Shown: positions 1 through 8,212 of the stretch, one piece after another
How positions within the stretch are numbered: the stretch's first letter is position 1
Layout of the letters: each line of letters opens with the position of its first letter
Source: Gemmatimonadota bacterium
GTDB lineage: Bacteria; Gemmatimonadota; Gemmatimonadetes; Palauibacterales; Palauibacteraceae
Reading direction: 5' to 3'
Assembly: GCA_039588275.1 (NCBI GenBank)
Contig: JBDHAC010000054.1
Coordinates: 1-30,357 of the forward strand
Length of the DNA: 30,357 bases
The notes under the pieces: generated by a model
Database searches by the model: none
Told to the model about the DNA's origin: nothing
Seen by the model: only the letters and a program-made list of their open reading frames with translations
Program-made: the position numbers and the translations under genes

Positions 1-1126
1 AGACGAGGTGATCACCATCGTAATGCGCCAGGTTCCTATCGACGATCCGGCCCTCCGCCGCAACCTGATCGTGGAAGGGCGTCCCGGGGATCGGAATCGA
101 GATCGAGAGGAATATCGCGCTCGGGTCCACCTCTTCCAGCTTGGCGGGTAGCCGCCTGTAGTATTCCGGCGTGTCCTCGTCGAGGGCGATCATCATCCCG
201 GTGAACGTCAGGATCCCGCGCTCTTTCAGCTTCAGGAACTGCTCGCGGTATTCCTCCACGCGGTTGTGACGCTTGTTGACCGACAGCAGGCTGGGTTGGT
301 TCAGCGACTCCAGCCCGACGAACGCCATCGTGCAGTTGGCCGCCTCGAGGAGGTCCACGAAGCCGTCGTCGTACAAACAGTTGAAGCTGAACTGCACCCC
401 GAGCGCCCATAGATCCAGCTCGGCCACTTCGCGCAGCAAGGCCTTCGCATACTTCATGTCTCCGCCGAGGTTGTTGTCGTAGATCATCGCCATCTTTCGC
501 TTCCGGAACGGGAGCGAGGACGTCGCGGTCAGGTCACGGATGACGTCCGGGATGGGTCGGCAGCGGTACGGCGTCGGCTGGATGGTCAGCGCGCAATAGC
601 TGCAGGCGAACGGGCACCCGCGGGTCGCCTCGGTCACCACCGGGACGTCGAACACCGGCTCCACCAGGTCGTAACGAGGGGGGGGGATCTCCTCCAACGT
701 CGGAAGCGGCGGTGCCCTATAGAGAGGCTTCGCGACCCCGTGCACGAGGTCTCTCACGACCCGCGGCCACACTCCCTCGGACTCCCCGGCCACCACGACG
801 TCGAAATGGGGAAGCAGCCGCTGCGGGAACACGGAGGGATATCGCCCGCCCGCGACCACGGTCTTTCCGAGGGCACGGAATCGAGCGGCCACCTCGCACG
901 CGTGAGGCGCGCAGAAATCCATGAAGCTCAGCGCGATGATGTCGGCGTCCGTCTCGTAATCGATCGGGCGCACCATCTCGTGCAGGACCTCCACCTCCAC
1001 GAGGTCGGGTGTCTGGCCGGCGAGCAGGATCCCCGAGAGCGGAGGAGCCGGGCTGCGCGCGTAGTAGGCGCACTCTTCACCCAGGTTCTGAAACAGCACG
1101 ATGATCTGCAGCTTCGGCTTACTCAT
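1..1126 (-). CDS. B12-binding domain radical SAM enzyme (class B methyltransferase-like), 3' end beyond window
   Basis: Translated by hand because it has no stop in the window. ATG at 1126 follows an AGGAGAG RBS and gives MSKPKLQIIVLFQNLGEECAYYARSPAPPLSGILLAGQTP..., a Rossmann-type cobalamin-binding N-domain (DADIIALSFMD, KTVVAGGRYPS, DVVVAGESE), EATRGCPFACSYC (CxxxCxxC at 616-593), YDNN, FVGLES and PIPGTP. The frame stays open for 375 codons to position 2. Confidence 0.9.
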   Translation of the reverse strand, partial: MSKPKLQIIVLFQNLGEECAYYARSPAPPLSGILLAGQTPDLVEVEVLHEMVRPIDYETDADIIALSFMDFCAPHACEVAARFRALGKTVVAGGRYPSVFPQRLLPHFDVVVAGESEGVWPRVVRDLVHGVAKPLYRAPPLPTLEEIPPPRYDLVEPVFDVPVVTEATRGCPFACSYCALTIQPTPYRCRPIPDVIRDLTATSSLPFRKRKMAMIYDNNLGGDMKYAKALLREVAELDLWALGVQFSFNCLYDDGFVDLLEAANCTMAFVGLESLNQPSLLSVNKRHNRVEEYREQFLKLKERGILTFTGMMIALDEDTPEYYRRLPAKLEEVDPSAIFLSISIPIPGTPFHDQVAAEGRIVDRNLAHYDGDHLV

Positions 1127-1165
1127 GGCTCATGTCTCTCCTAGCATGCTTCGCATTCGATTGCA

Positions 1166-1236
1166 GCGGCCCGTGACTCAGGCGGCCCGTGACTCAGGCG
1201 ACCCGTGACCCAGGCGACCCGTGACTCAGGCGGCCC
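1166..1236. repeat. 16-bp tandem repeat GCGRCCCGTGACYCAG, about 4.4 copies
   Basis: Units at 1166-1181, 1182-1197, 1198-1213 and 1214-1229, plus a partial unit at 1230-1236. There are no spacers, and the array includes the SDR stop codon. Confidence 0.95.
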
Positions 1237-2047
1237 TCGAAGGTCGCTCGGGCGCTCTCAATCGGCATGCGACTCGGCGCATGGCACGGTCTACGGCCCA
1301 CGGCGCGACGGCCCTCAGGCGCGCGATGACCTTCCCTCCGGGCGACAGGACGAGCTCCGGCTTCTCCGCCTCGATCGCACGCACGATCGCGAGAGCTACA
1401 CGGTCGGCGGGCGCATACCGTCCGCGCGGCCGACGCGCGCCTCCCACCCTCCTCTCGCGCGCGAAGATCTCGGTCCGTGTGTAACCGGGGTACACGTTGA
1501 GGACCTGAATCCCGGTTGTGGCGAGTTCGGCGCGGAGACTCTCACCGACCACCGCCACGGCCGCCTTGCTGGCGCCGTACGCCGCCAGGTAGGGGACTCC
1601 GTACAAGCCGGCCACGGACCCCACGTTGACGATCATGCCTCGGCCCCGTCGCTCCATATCGGGGATGACCTCGAGCGTCGCGTACAGCGGGCCGAACAGA
1701 TTCAGGTCGAGTAGCGCACGGAAGTCGTCGGGCGTCGTCCGGCTCGTCACGCCGTAGAGCGATGCACCTGCGTTGTTGATCAGGATGTCCACGCCCCCCA
1801 TGTGCTCGCGCGCGAATTGAATCAGTTGCCGGACGGCGGATCGGTCCGTGATGTCGCATGGGAAGGGCTGAGGAACCGGCGCGTCGGGGAAGGAGGCGGA
1901 GAGCCTCTCCGCGACGCGCTCCAGGGGTTCCGGCCGTCGGGCCGCGAGCACCAGGGCACCGTTCTTCTCCGCGAATGCCGCGGACAGCCACCGCCCGATC
2001 CCCGATGACGCTCCGGTGATCACCGTTCTTTTTCCTGCGATTCGCAT
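1226..2047 (-). CDS. Short-chain dehydrogenase/reductase (classical SDR)
   Basis: TGASSGIG, NNAG and YGASK motifs; LAARR after beta2 suggests NADP(H) use. Start moved to ATG 2047, which follows a GAGGAGG RBS. Confidence 0.92.
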   Translation of the reverse strand: MRIAGKRTVITGASSGIGRWLSAAFAEKNGALVLAARRPEPLERVAERLSASFPDAPVPQPFPCDITDRSAVRQLIQFAREHMGGVDILINNAGASLYGVTSRTTPDDFRALLDLNLFGPLYATLEVIPDMERRGRGMIVNVGSVAGLYGVPYLAAYGASKAAVAVVGESLRAELATTGIQVLNVYPGYTRTEIFARERRVGGARRPRGRYAPADRVALAIVRAIEAEKPELVLSPGGKVIARLRAVAPWAVDRAMRRVACRLRAPERPSRAA

Positions 2048-2091
2048 AAGGCCTCCTCGCGAAGTTCTGCATGAAGGTGCCCCTCCCCCTC

Positions 2092-2198
2092 TCAAGAGCC
2101 CGTCAAGTGCATGCAGATCAACCGGATAGAGAGTCGCGTCGTAGCGCGCGCCGGGCCGCCCCGCGCTTGACCGTCGCTTGACTCGCAAGGGCTAGCCT
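2092..2198. promoter_or_regulatory. Divergent promoter region with inverted pairs of tandem CTTGA boxes (11-bp period)
   Basis: TCAAG-N6-TCAAG at 2092-2107 (reads CTTGA-N6-CTTGA on the minus strand) and CTTGA-N6-CTTGA at 2166-2181, the latter followed by TAGCCT at 2193-2198. Confidence 0.5.
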
Positions 2199-2227
2199 CG
2201 GGGCGAACGTCAGAGGAGGTCGGATCG

Positions 2228-2779
2228 ATGTGGTACGAGTTGGCGAGAGCGATGGAGAAGCGAAGGAAGATCGAGCGGCAAGCGGGTTGGGTGGTCCTGG
2301 GCGGCGGAGTCGCCGTGCTCGCGTTCTGGGCCCTGTTCTTCACGGGCGTCGTGGACGCCGGACCGGAAGCGGGCGTGCTGCACGAGTTCGAGATGGCGTT
2401 CCCGGTGGCGGATGCGGCCTTCACGCTGATGCTGTTCGCGGCCGCCATCACCCTGTTCAGAGGTCGACCGGCGGGGACGTTCTATCTCGTCGCGGCAGGC
2501 GCAATGAGCCTTTACCTGGGGATCCTCGACCTCACGTTCTACGGACGGCAGGGGCTCTACTACCCGTTCTCAGGCTCTGGTCTGTTCGAGCTGGTCGTCA
2601 ATGCCGCGTGCGTCGGGGGCGGCGCGTATGCGCTGCGCCGAGGCTGGAGGTTGTGGCAGGAAACGACCCGAGTCGGAACGGCCGACACCTCCACCGTGAG
2701 TGAGGCCGCGATTGAACGTGGCGCGGAGCCGGTCGAGCCGACTGCGCCCAAGCGGGCGCGCCGGCTGGAGGTCGCGTAG
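2228..2779 (+). CDS. Uncharacterised integral membrane protein (about 4 TM helices)
   Basis: GAGGAGG RBS 8 nt before the ATG; four hydrophobic segments; FEMAFPVAD loop; the stop lies 2 nt before the next ATG. Confidence 0.8.
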   Translation: MWYELARAMEKRRKIERQAGWVVLGGGVAVLAFWALFFTGVVDAGPEAGVLHEFEMAFPVADAAFTLMLFAAAITLFRGRPAGTFYLVAAGAMSLYLGILDLTFYGRQGLYYPFSGSGLFELVVNAACVGGGAYALRRGWRLWQETTRVGTADTSTVSEAAIERGAEPVEPTAPKRARRLEVA

Positions 2780-2781
2780 CC

Positions 2782-3804
2782 ATGTCGACACGGATCGAGG
2801 CGTTCCCGATCGCGAGTCTCGGCTTCGTGCGTGGCTTCTGGGTCACCATGAGGCCGTACCTGCTGTTCGTATCCGGTATCACCGGGCTGACGGGGCTCGC
2901 ACTCGCCCCGCGGATTCCGCTGGGGAGCACTCTGGTGCTCGGCGCCGTCTTCTTCCTCTCGTACGGATTCGGACAAGCCCTGACTGACTGCTTCCAGCTG
3001 GATACGGACTCGCTGTCGTCTCCGTACCGGCCGCTGGTTCGCGGGGTCATCCAGCAACGGGATGTGCTGTGCGTAAGCGGCCTCGGGCTGATCGGCGTCG
3101 GCGCGGTGCTGATCTCGTTCCACGCGTGGAACCTGCCTCTCGTTGTTCTCTCGATCGCAGGTCTGGCCACCTACACGGGCTTCAAACGGCGGTGGTGGGC
3201 AGGACCTTTTTACAACGCCGCCATCGTCGCCGTGCTGCTGTTGATCGGATACGCATCGGGCGCGGCCGGCCCCGGGGCGCCTTCCCGGGGTGCGTGGTTC
3301 GCGTCGATCGATCCGGACCCGATTCCAGCGGCCCTCCCATGGGTGCTGATCCTGGTGTTCTTCGGCTATGCCAACTTCGTTCTGACCGGATACTTCAAGG
3401 ACATCTCCGCGGACCGGGCAGCCGCGTATCGGACCCTGCCGGTCGCCTTCGGCATGCGGCCGTCCGCCTGGGTCAGCGACGGTTTCGCGGCTCTCGCGCT
3501 GCTGGGTGCGATCGGCGCCTCCGCCGCCTCACCCGCTTTCCGCGATGCGACCGGTCCTCAGCTCGGCTCGTGCCTGCTCCTCTCCGGCGGCACCGCGGCG
3601 ACGCTGTTGGGCCAGGCGCGAATTCACCGCGTACGTCACGAAGCCGCAGCTCACCGAGCGATAGAGCCGGTCGTTCACGCCTACATCCTCCTGCTCGCCG
3701 GGGTGGCCACGCTCCACAAGCCGCACTGGACGGCAGGTCTCACGGCCTTTTACGCAGCCTACGCGCTCGCCATGCGGGTTCGGCCCGAGCGAGCCCAGAT
3801 ATAG
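2782..3804 (+). CDS. UbiA-superfamily membrane prenyltransferase (chlorophyll synthase/DGGGP synthase-like)
   Basis: Multi-TM protein with N-terminal TMRP, first Asp-rich motif GQALTDCFQLDTDSLSSPYRPLVRG, LATYTGFKR, and second motif GYFKDISADRAAAYRTLPVAFG. Confidence 0.88.
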   Translation: MSTRIEAFPIASLGFVRGFWVTMRPYLLFVSGITGLTGLALAPRIPLGSTLVLGAVFFLSYGFGQALTDCFQLDTDSLSSPYRPLVRGVIQQRDVLCVSGLGLIGVGAVLISFHAWNLPLVVLSIAGLATYTGFKRRWWAGPFYNAAIVAVLLLIGYASGAAGPGAPSRGAWFASIDPDPIPAALPWVLILVFFGYANFVLTGYFKDISADRAAAYRTLPVAFGMRPSAWVSDGFAALALLGAIGASAASPAFRDATGPQLGSCLLLSGGTAATLLGQARIHRVRHEAAAHRAIEPVVHAYILLLAGVATLHKPHWTAGLTAFYAAYALAMRVRPERAQI

Positions 3805-3814
3805 AGGGGGGACC

Positions 3815-4747
3815 ATGCTAGTCGTCGTGAACCCGTCCGCCGGAGGTGGAAGTGGGCTCGAGAGATGGCGCGAGATTGAGCCACAGGTGCGTGAGATCCT
3901 GGGGCCATTTCGGACCGTGATCAGCCGCGACCCCGAGCAGGTAAAGGCGTCGATCGGGGAGGGGCTCGCCGCCGGCGAGACCGACTTCGTGGCTGTCGGT
4001 GGTGACGGGACGGTCAATCTGCTCGCGTCTTGCCTCGTGGATCACATCTCCGACACGGACCTGCGTCGCGTGCGACTCGGGGCGATCGGCCTCGGCTCTA
4101 GCAACGACTTTCACAAGCCAATGCAGGAGGCCTCCGAAGTCGGGGGCGCACCCTGCCGTCTCGACTTTCGCCGGGCAGCGCTGAATGACGTGTGCCTGGT
4201 CACGTACCGTGACGAGGCCGGCCGGGTTCGACACCGGCCGTGGATCATCAACTCCAGCATCGGCACCACCGCCGAGGCGAACGGCTTCTTCAATCGACCG
4301 GACCGGATCCTCCGCTTTCTGAAGCGCGCCGCGCCCGGGGCGGCAATCGCGTACGCCGCGATTCACACCCTTCTGCAAAAGCGATCACAGGAGCTGATCC
4401 TGACGCTGGATGGCCAGCGGACGATCCGCCGCCGGGTGGCGAACCTCGGCGTCGTGAAGAACCCGCACTTCACCGGAATCCTCCGCTACGACTCCCCGCA
4501 CGAGCCGGAGAGCGGTCACTTCTACGTGCACCTTCTCTCGGATCTCTCGCTCCCGCGATTGGTCCTCGCGCTCGCACGGCTGGCACGGGGTCACTTCGCC
4601 GGACAAATCGGAGCGCGTTCCTGGCGGGCGTGCAGGCTCGTCGTGCGAAGCGACACCCCGTTCGCGCTCGAAGGCGATGGCGAGGTCGTGTTCGCGCGTG
4701 AGGCGTCGTACTGCGTCATGCCCCGCCTGTTTCAGCTCGCCGCATGA
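3815..4747 (+). CDS. Diacylglycerol kinase catalytic-domain family (DgkB/YegS-like) lipid kinase
   Basis: VNPSAGGG, VGGDGTVN, GLGSSNDF and C-terminal EGDGE motifs; GAGGGGG RBS. Confidence 0.9.
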   Translation: MLVVVNPSAGGGSGLERWREIEPQVREILGPFRTVISRDPEQVKASIGEGLAAGETDFVAVGGDGTVNLLASCLVDHISDTDLRRVRLGAIGLGSSNDFHKPMQEASEVGGAPCRLDFRRAALNDVCLVTYRDEAGRVRHRPWIINSSIGTTAEANGFFNRPDRILRFLKRAAPGAAIAYAAIHTLLQKRSQELILTLDGQRTIRRRVANLGVVKNPHFTGILRYDSPHEPESGHFYVHLLSDLSLPRLVLALARLARGHFAGQIGARSWRACRLVVRSDTPFALEGDGEVVFAREASYCVMPRLFQLAA

Positions 4748-5859
4748 GGATTGGACCCATGAAACCCACGAACGTAGCTCGAGAGATTCGACTCATTGAC
4801 GGCCTCGCACGCGCCTTCGGGCGTTCCCCGCATCAGCTGAACGCTCGGCACGAGAGCGACGCCGAGCTCTTGCGTCTGCCGGGGACGGACCTCGTGCTCG
4901 CGGTTACGGCGGACGACATCGCCGAAGAAGTCGAGAGCGGCCTCTACCGCGACCCGTTCTTGATCGGATGGATGGCCGTGCTCATCAACGCCAGCGATCT
5001 CGCGGCGGTCGGCGCCCGACCCGTCGGCCTCCTTCTCAACGAGACGCTGCCGCCCGATGCCTCGGAGCGCTTCCTGGCCTCTCTCCAGAGGGGTATTCGT
5101 GACGCCAGCGAAGCGTGTGGCATTCCCGTCCTGGGCGGGGACACCAACTTCGGGACCCGCCTGCACATCGGAGCCACCGCGATCGGTCTGATCGAGACGG
5201 GCGCGCCATTGACCCGGCGTGGGTGCGAGCCCGGTGACGTTCTGTACGCGTCCGGCCCGCTGGGGCTCGGGACCGCGTTCGCGCTCTTGCAGCTCCTGAG
5301 CGGAGGAGCAGCGACGTCGCCACCGGCGACGAACGGGGATTCGCCCCTTGCGAGTCTCGAGTTTCTGCCGCAACCGCGCCTGACTGAGGGTCGCATCCTG
5401 GGATCGATTGCCTCGGCCTGCATGGACACGAGCGATGGGGCGATCGCCACTCTCGACGAGCTCATGCGGGTGAACGGCGTGGGATTCCGTCTCGACCCGT
5501 TGCTCGACCGGCTCCTGGACCGCGGCGCGCTGCAGGCCGCCCGCGCGGCCGGTCTTCCTGCCTGGATGATGCTGGCCGGGCCGCACGGCGAGTTCGAGCT
5601 GATCTTCACGGTGCGGCCGACTCGACTCGGTACCCTCGAGCGGGCCGCGCGAAGGATCGGGTGGCGCCCCATTCGGCTGGGCCGCGCGGTCCCGGAGCCC
5701 GGCCTCCGCCTGCGGATCGAGGACGCCCCGCGAGCGCTCGACGCGACCCGGATCCGGGATCTGTTCGGAGAATGTGGGGGTGACCCGCTGGCCTACCGAG
5801 CGGCACTCCTCGCCTTCCACGAGGAGCTGATGGCGGCTCCTGCAGCGACGGCGGCGTAG
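4744..5859 (+). CDS. ThiL-like (PurM/AIR synthase fold) kinase
   Basis: INASDLAAVGARP, LGGDT, GDVLYASGPLG, MDTSDG and GEFELIFTV motifs. ATGA overlap with the upstream kinase; alternative start at 4759. The N-terminal GDD motif reads ESD. Confidence 0.85.
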   Translation: MRIGPMKPTNVAREIRLIDGLARAFGRSPHQLNARHESDAELLRLPGTDLVLAVTADDIAEEVESGLYRDPFLIGWMAVLINASDLAAVGARPVGLLLNETLPPDASERFLASLQRGIRDASEACGIPVLGGDTNFGTRLHIGATAIGLIETGAPLTRRGCEPGDVLYASGPLGLGTAFALLQLLSGGAATSPPATNGDSPLASLEFLPQPRLTEGRILGSIASACMDTSDGAIATLDELMRVNGVGFRLDPLLDRLLDRGALQAARAAGLPAWMMLAGPHGEFELIFTVRPTRLGTLERAARRIGWRPIRLGRAVPEPGLRLRIEDAPRALDATRIRDLFGECGGDPLAYRAALLAFHEELMAAPAATAA

Positions 5860-5863
5860 AGCG

Positions 5864-8212
5864 ATGCGTACCCGCAGCGAGCGCTACTTCCGTTGGCTCG
5901 TCGGGCACCGGCCGATCGTTCTGATCGGATGTTCGATCCTGCTCACGGTGGCACTGGTCGGGGCGCTCCGCGTGCGCGTCGACTACGCGATCGAGCAGCT
6001 CTTCCCGGCGCGCGGGGAGATCCGCGAGAACTTCGAACAGTTTCGGGGCGCGTTCTCGAAAGAGGACACGCGCTTTTCCCTCATCTGGCGGGACGTCCGG
6101 CCTCCGGGCGTGGCGCTGTTCCGCGATCTGCGGCGGGCGGCGCGGCACTTCGAGGAGGTGGGGCTCGAGGACGTCGACTGGATCGGCAGCGTTTCGGTCG
6201 CCGAGGCGGAGGAGTTGGATGGCGAGATGGGGCTCCGGGTTCACCCCCTGATAGAGGAGTCGCGTCTCAGCGACGAGTACGTCCGCACGGTTCTGGCCCG
6301 TTACAAGGAAGACAACCTGTACCGAGGGTACCTGTGGAACGCCGGTCAGACCGCGTTCGCGATCCACGGCTACCTGGGAAACGGCAGCACGGACGACCGG
6401 AGTCGGCGGGAGATCGAGGAGGCCCTCACGGCGCGGCTGCAACCGCTGCACACCGAGGGCGTCACGATCGCGCTGGGAGGCATCCCGGTGATTCGGTCGC
6501 GCCTCCCGAAGCTCCTCGAAGCCGATCAGAAGCTGTTTCTGGGAGGCGGGTTCGTGCTCTTCTTCGCGCTCCTGTTCCTCTTCTTCCGTCACCCCGGACA
6601 AGTCGTGTTGTGCGTGGCGACCGCATTGCCCGCGTACCTGGTCACGATCGGGTTCATGGGCTTCGCGGGCATCTCGATCACGGTCCTCACCAGCTTCATC
6701 CCGATCATCGTTCTCGTCGTGGGGGTGAGCGATTCGATCCACCTGCTCGCGCGCTACCGGCGAGGTCGGCGCGGGGGACTGAGCGGCAGACATGCGGTCG
6801 TAGAGGCGTTCGCTCACCTCGCGATGCCTTGTTTCTATACCTCGCTCACCACCGCGGTCGGCTTCGCCAGCCTCATCGGGACGCGAATCGGCATCGTGAT
6901 GGAGTTCGGCGCGTTCACCGCGCTCGCGATTCTGCTCGCGTTCGGGTTCGGCATGACCTTCTTGCCGGCCCTGCTCACCCTGGTCCCGGGGCGCAGGCTC
7001 GACGATCGGGGGCTGAGCTTCCGGTGGCTTCAGCGGATCGTCAAGTGGACCGAGGCCCTCGCCCTGCGGCCCTCCAGGCAATTGATCGCCGTCTTCGCGC
7101 TCGTGAGCGCCGTGGGGCTCACTGCGGGTCTGACGCTGCGGACGAACACCCTTCTGCTCGACGACCTGAGATCCCGGTCAGGGCTCATCCGAGACCTGCG
7201 GTGGATCGAGGCGCAGGGCTTCGGGCTGTTTCAGGTGGTTCTGTACCTCCGGCAGACGGATACCCGGGAGCTCCACGACCCCGAAGCTCTCGCCTGGATG
7301 GCTCGCTTCCAGCGCTTCGCCGAGCGTGACCCGCTCGTGCTGGGCACCCTGGCCCTCCCCGACTTCGTCAGGCAGCTCCGGAGCGCCGTGGTCGAGGACG
7401 GCGAGGGGGCCGACGGTGAGGGCGAAAACGGGCTTCCAGTGTCCGTCGAAGAGGCCAGTCAGCTTCTCTTCATGGCTTCGCTCGAGGAGCCGGAGTTCGC
7501 CGAGGTCGTCTACCATCACTCGGACGGCGAGGCGCAGGTGATCGTGAGCGTGTTGGATGAGGGCTCGACCGTGATCCTCCCGTTTCTCGAGCGCGTGGAC
7601 CGCTACCTGGCCGAGAATCCCATCCCGGTGGGAAGCGCCGTGCCTACGGGCACGGTCTACCTGCTCCAGTCGTACCAGGCGCGCATCCTGGAGAGCTTCG
7701 GCCCGAGCCTGGCGATCGCTCTTCTCCTGATCACGGGGATCATGGTGTACATGTTCCGATCCCTCAGATACGGGCTACTGGCGCTCATCCCGAACCTGTT
7801 CCCGCTCGTGGTCCTCATGGGCGTCATGCGGTTGTGCGCATTCGATCTGAAGCCCTCCACGATCCTGGTCTTCTCGATCGCGTTCGGGATCGCGGCGGAC
7901 GACACGATCCACTTCCTCGGTCGCTTCAAGATGGCGATCGAGCGCGGGTTGCTGGTGAGCCACGCGCTGGTCGAGAGCCTGCGCGATGCTGGTCCCTCGA
8001 TCTTGATGACCAGCCTGGTCGTGGGCTCAGGCTTCTCGCTGCTGATCGCGTCTCAGTTCGAGGTCCTCTTCCTGGTTGGCCTGATGACGTCCGTGAGCGC
8101 CGCCGCGGCGGTATGCGCCGATTTGTTCGCTTTCCCCTCGATTCTGGCTGTCGTTTGGCCGGCCCTCGAAGGTGGCCGGCAAAGGGCCGGACAGCTTCAG
8201 GAGACATCATGA
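5864..8212 (+). CDS. MMPL/RND-family lipid transporter
   Basis: 782 aa with two repeats of 1 TM + periplasmic domain + 5 TM; GVSDSIH and AADDTIH motifs; TSLTTAVGF. Confidence 0.92.
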   Translation: MRTRSERYFRWLVGHRPIVLIGCSILLTVALVGALRVRVDYAIEQLFPARGEIRENFEQFRGAFSKEDTRFSLIWRDVRPPGVALFRDLRRAARHFEEVGLEDVDWIGSVSVAEAEELDGEMGLRVHPLIEESRLSDEYVRTVLARYKEDNLYRGYLWNAGQTAFAIHGYLGNGSTDDRSRREIEEALTARLQPLHTEGVTIALGGIPVIRSRLPKLLEADQKLFLGGGFVLFFALLFLFFRHPGQVVLCVATALPAYLVTIGFMGFAGISITVLTSFIPIIVLVVGVSDSIHLLARYRRGRRGGLSGRHAVVEAFAHLAMPCFYTSLTTAVGFASLIGTRIGIVMEFGAFTALAILLAFGFGMTFLPALLTLVPGRRLDDRGLSFRWLQRIVKWTEALALRPSRQLIAVFALVSAVGLTAGLTLRTNTLLLDDLRSRSGLIRDLRWIEAQGFGLFQVVLYLRQTDTRELHDPEALAWMARFQRFAERDPLVLGTLALPDFVRQLRSAVVEDGEGADGEGENGLPVSVEEASQLLFMASLEEPEFAEVVYHHSDGEAQVIVSVLDEGSTVILPFLERVDRYLAENPIPVGSAVPTGTVYLLQSYQARILESFGPSLAIALLLITGIMVYMFRSLRYGLLALIPNLFPLVVLMGVMRLCAFDLKPSTILVFSIAFGIAADDTIHFLGRFKMAIERGLLVSHALVESLRDAGPSILMTSLVVGSGFSLLIASQFEVLFLVGLMTSVSAAAAVCADLFAFPSILAVVWPALEGGRQRAGQLQETS

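Noticed and set aside
1166..1236. Possible CRISPR array
   Set aside because: The 16-bp units are directly adjacent with no unique spacers, and there are no cas genes.
1..3804. Photosynthesis genes (bchE-like radical SAM plus bchG-like UbiA)
   Set aside because: There are no puf, puh, bch or crt genes in the window, and the similarity is only at superfamily or motif level.
1..4747. Calling the cluster archaeal-type ether lipid/GDGT or hopanoid biosynthesis
   Set aside because: No GGGP synthase, tetraether synthase or squalene-hopene cyclase is visible. It remains a possibility only after phylogenetic analysis.
4744..5859. Assigning the symbol thiL
   Set aside because: The fold is clear, but divergent motifs and the lipid-gene context make orthology uncertain.
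5606..7329. Long alternative-frame or antisense ORFs (e.g. 5606-7081, 5893-7329, 12368-13861, 25383-27344)
   Set aside because: These are Arg/Pro/Gly-rich shadow ORFs overlapping well-supported genes, as expected in high-GC DNA.
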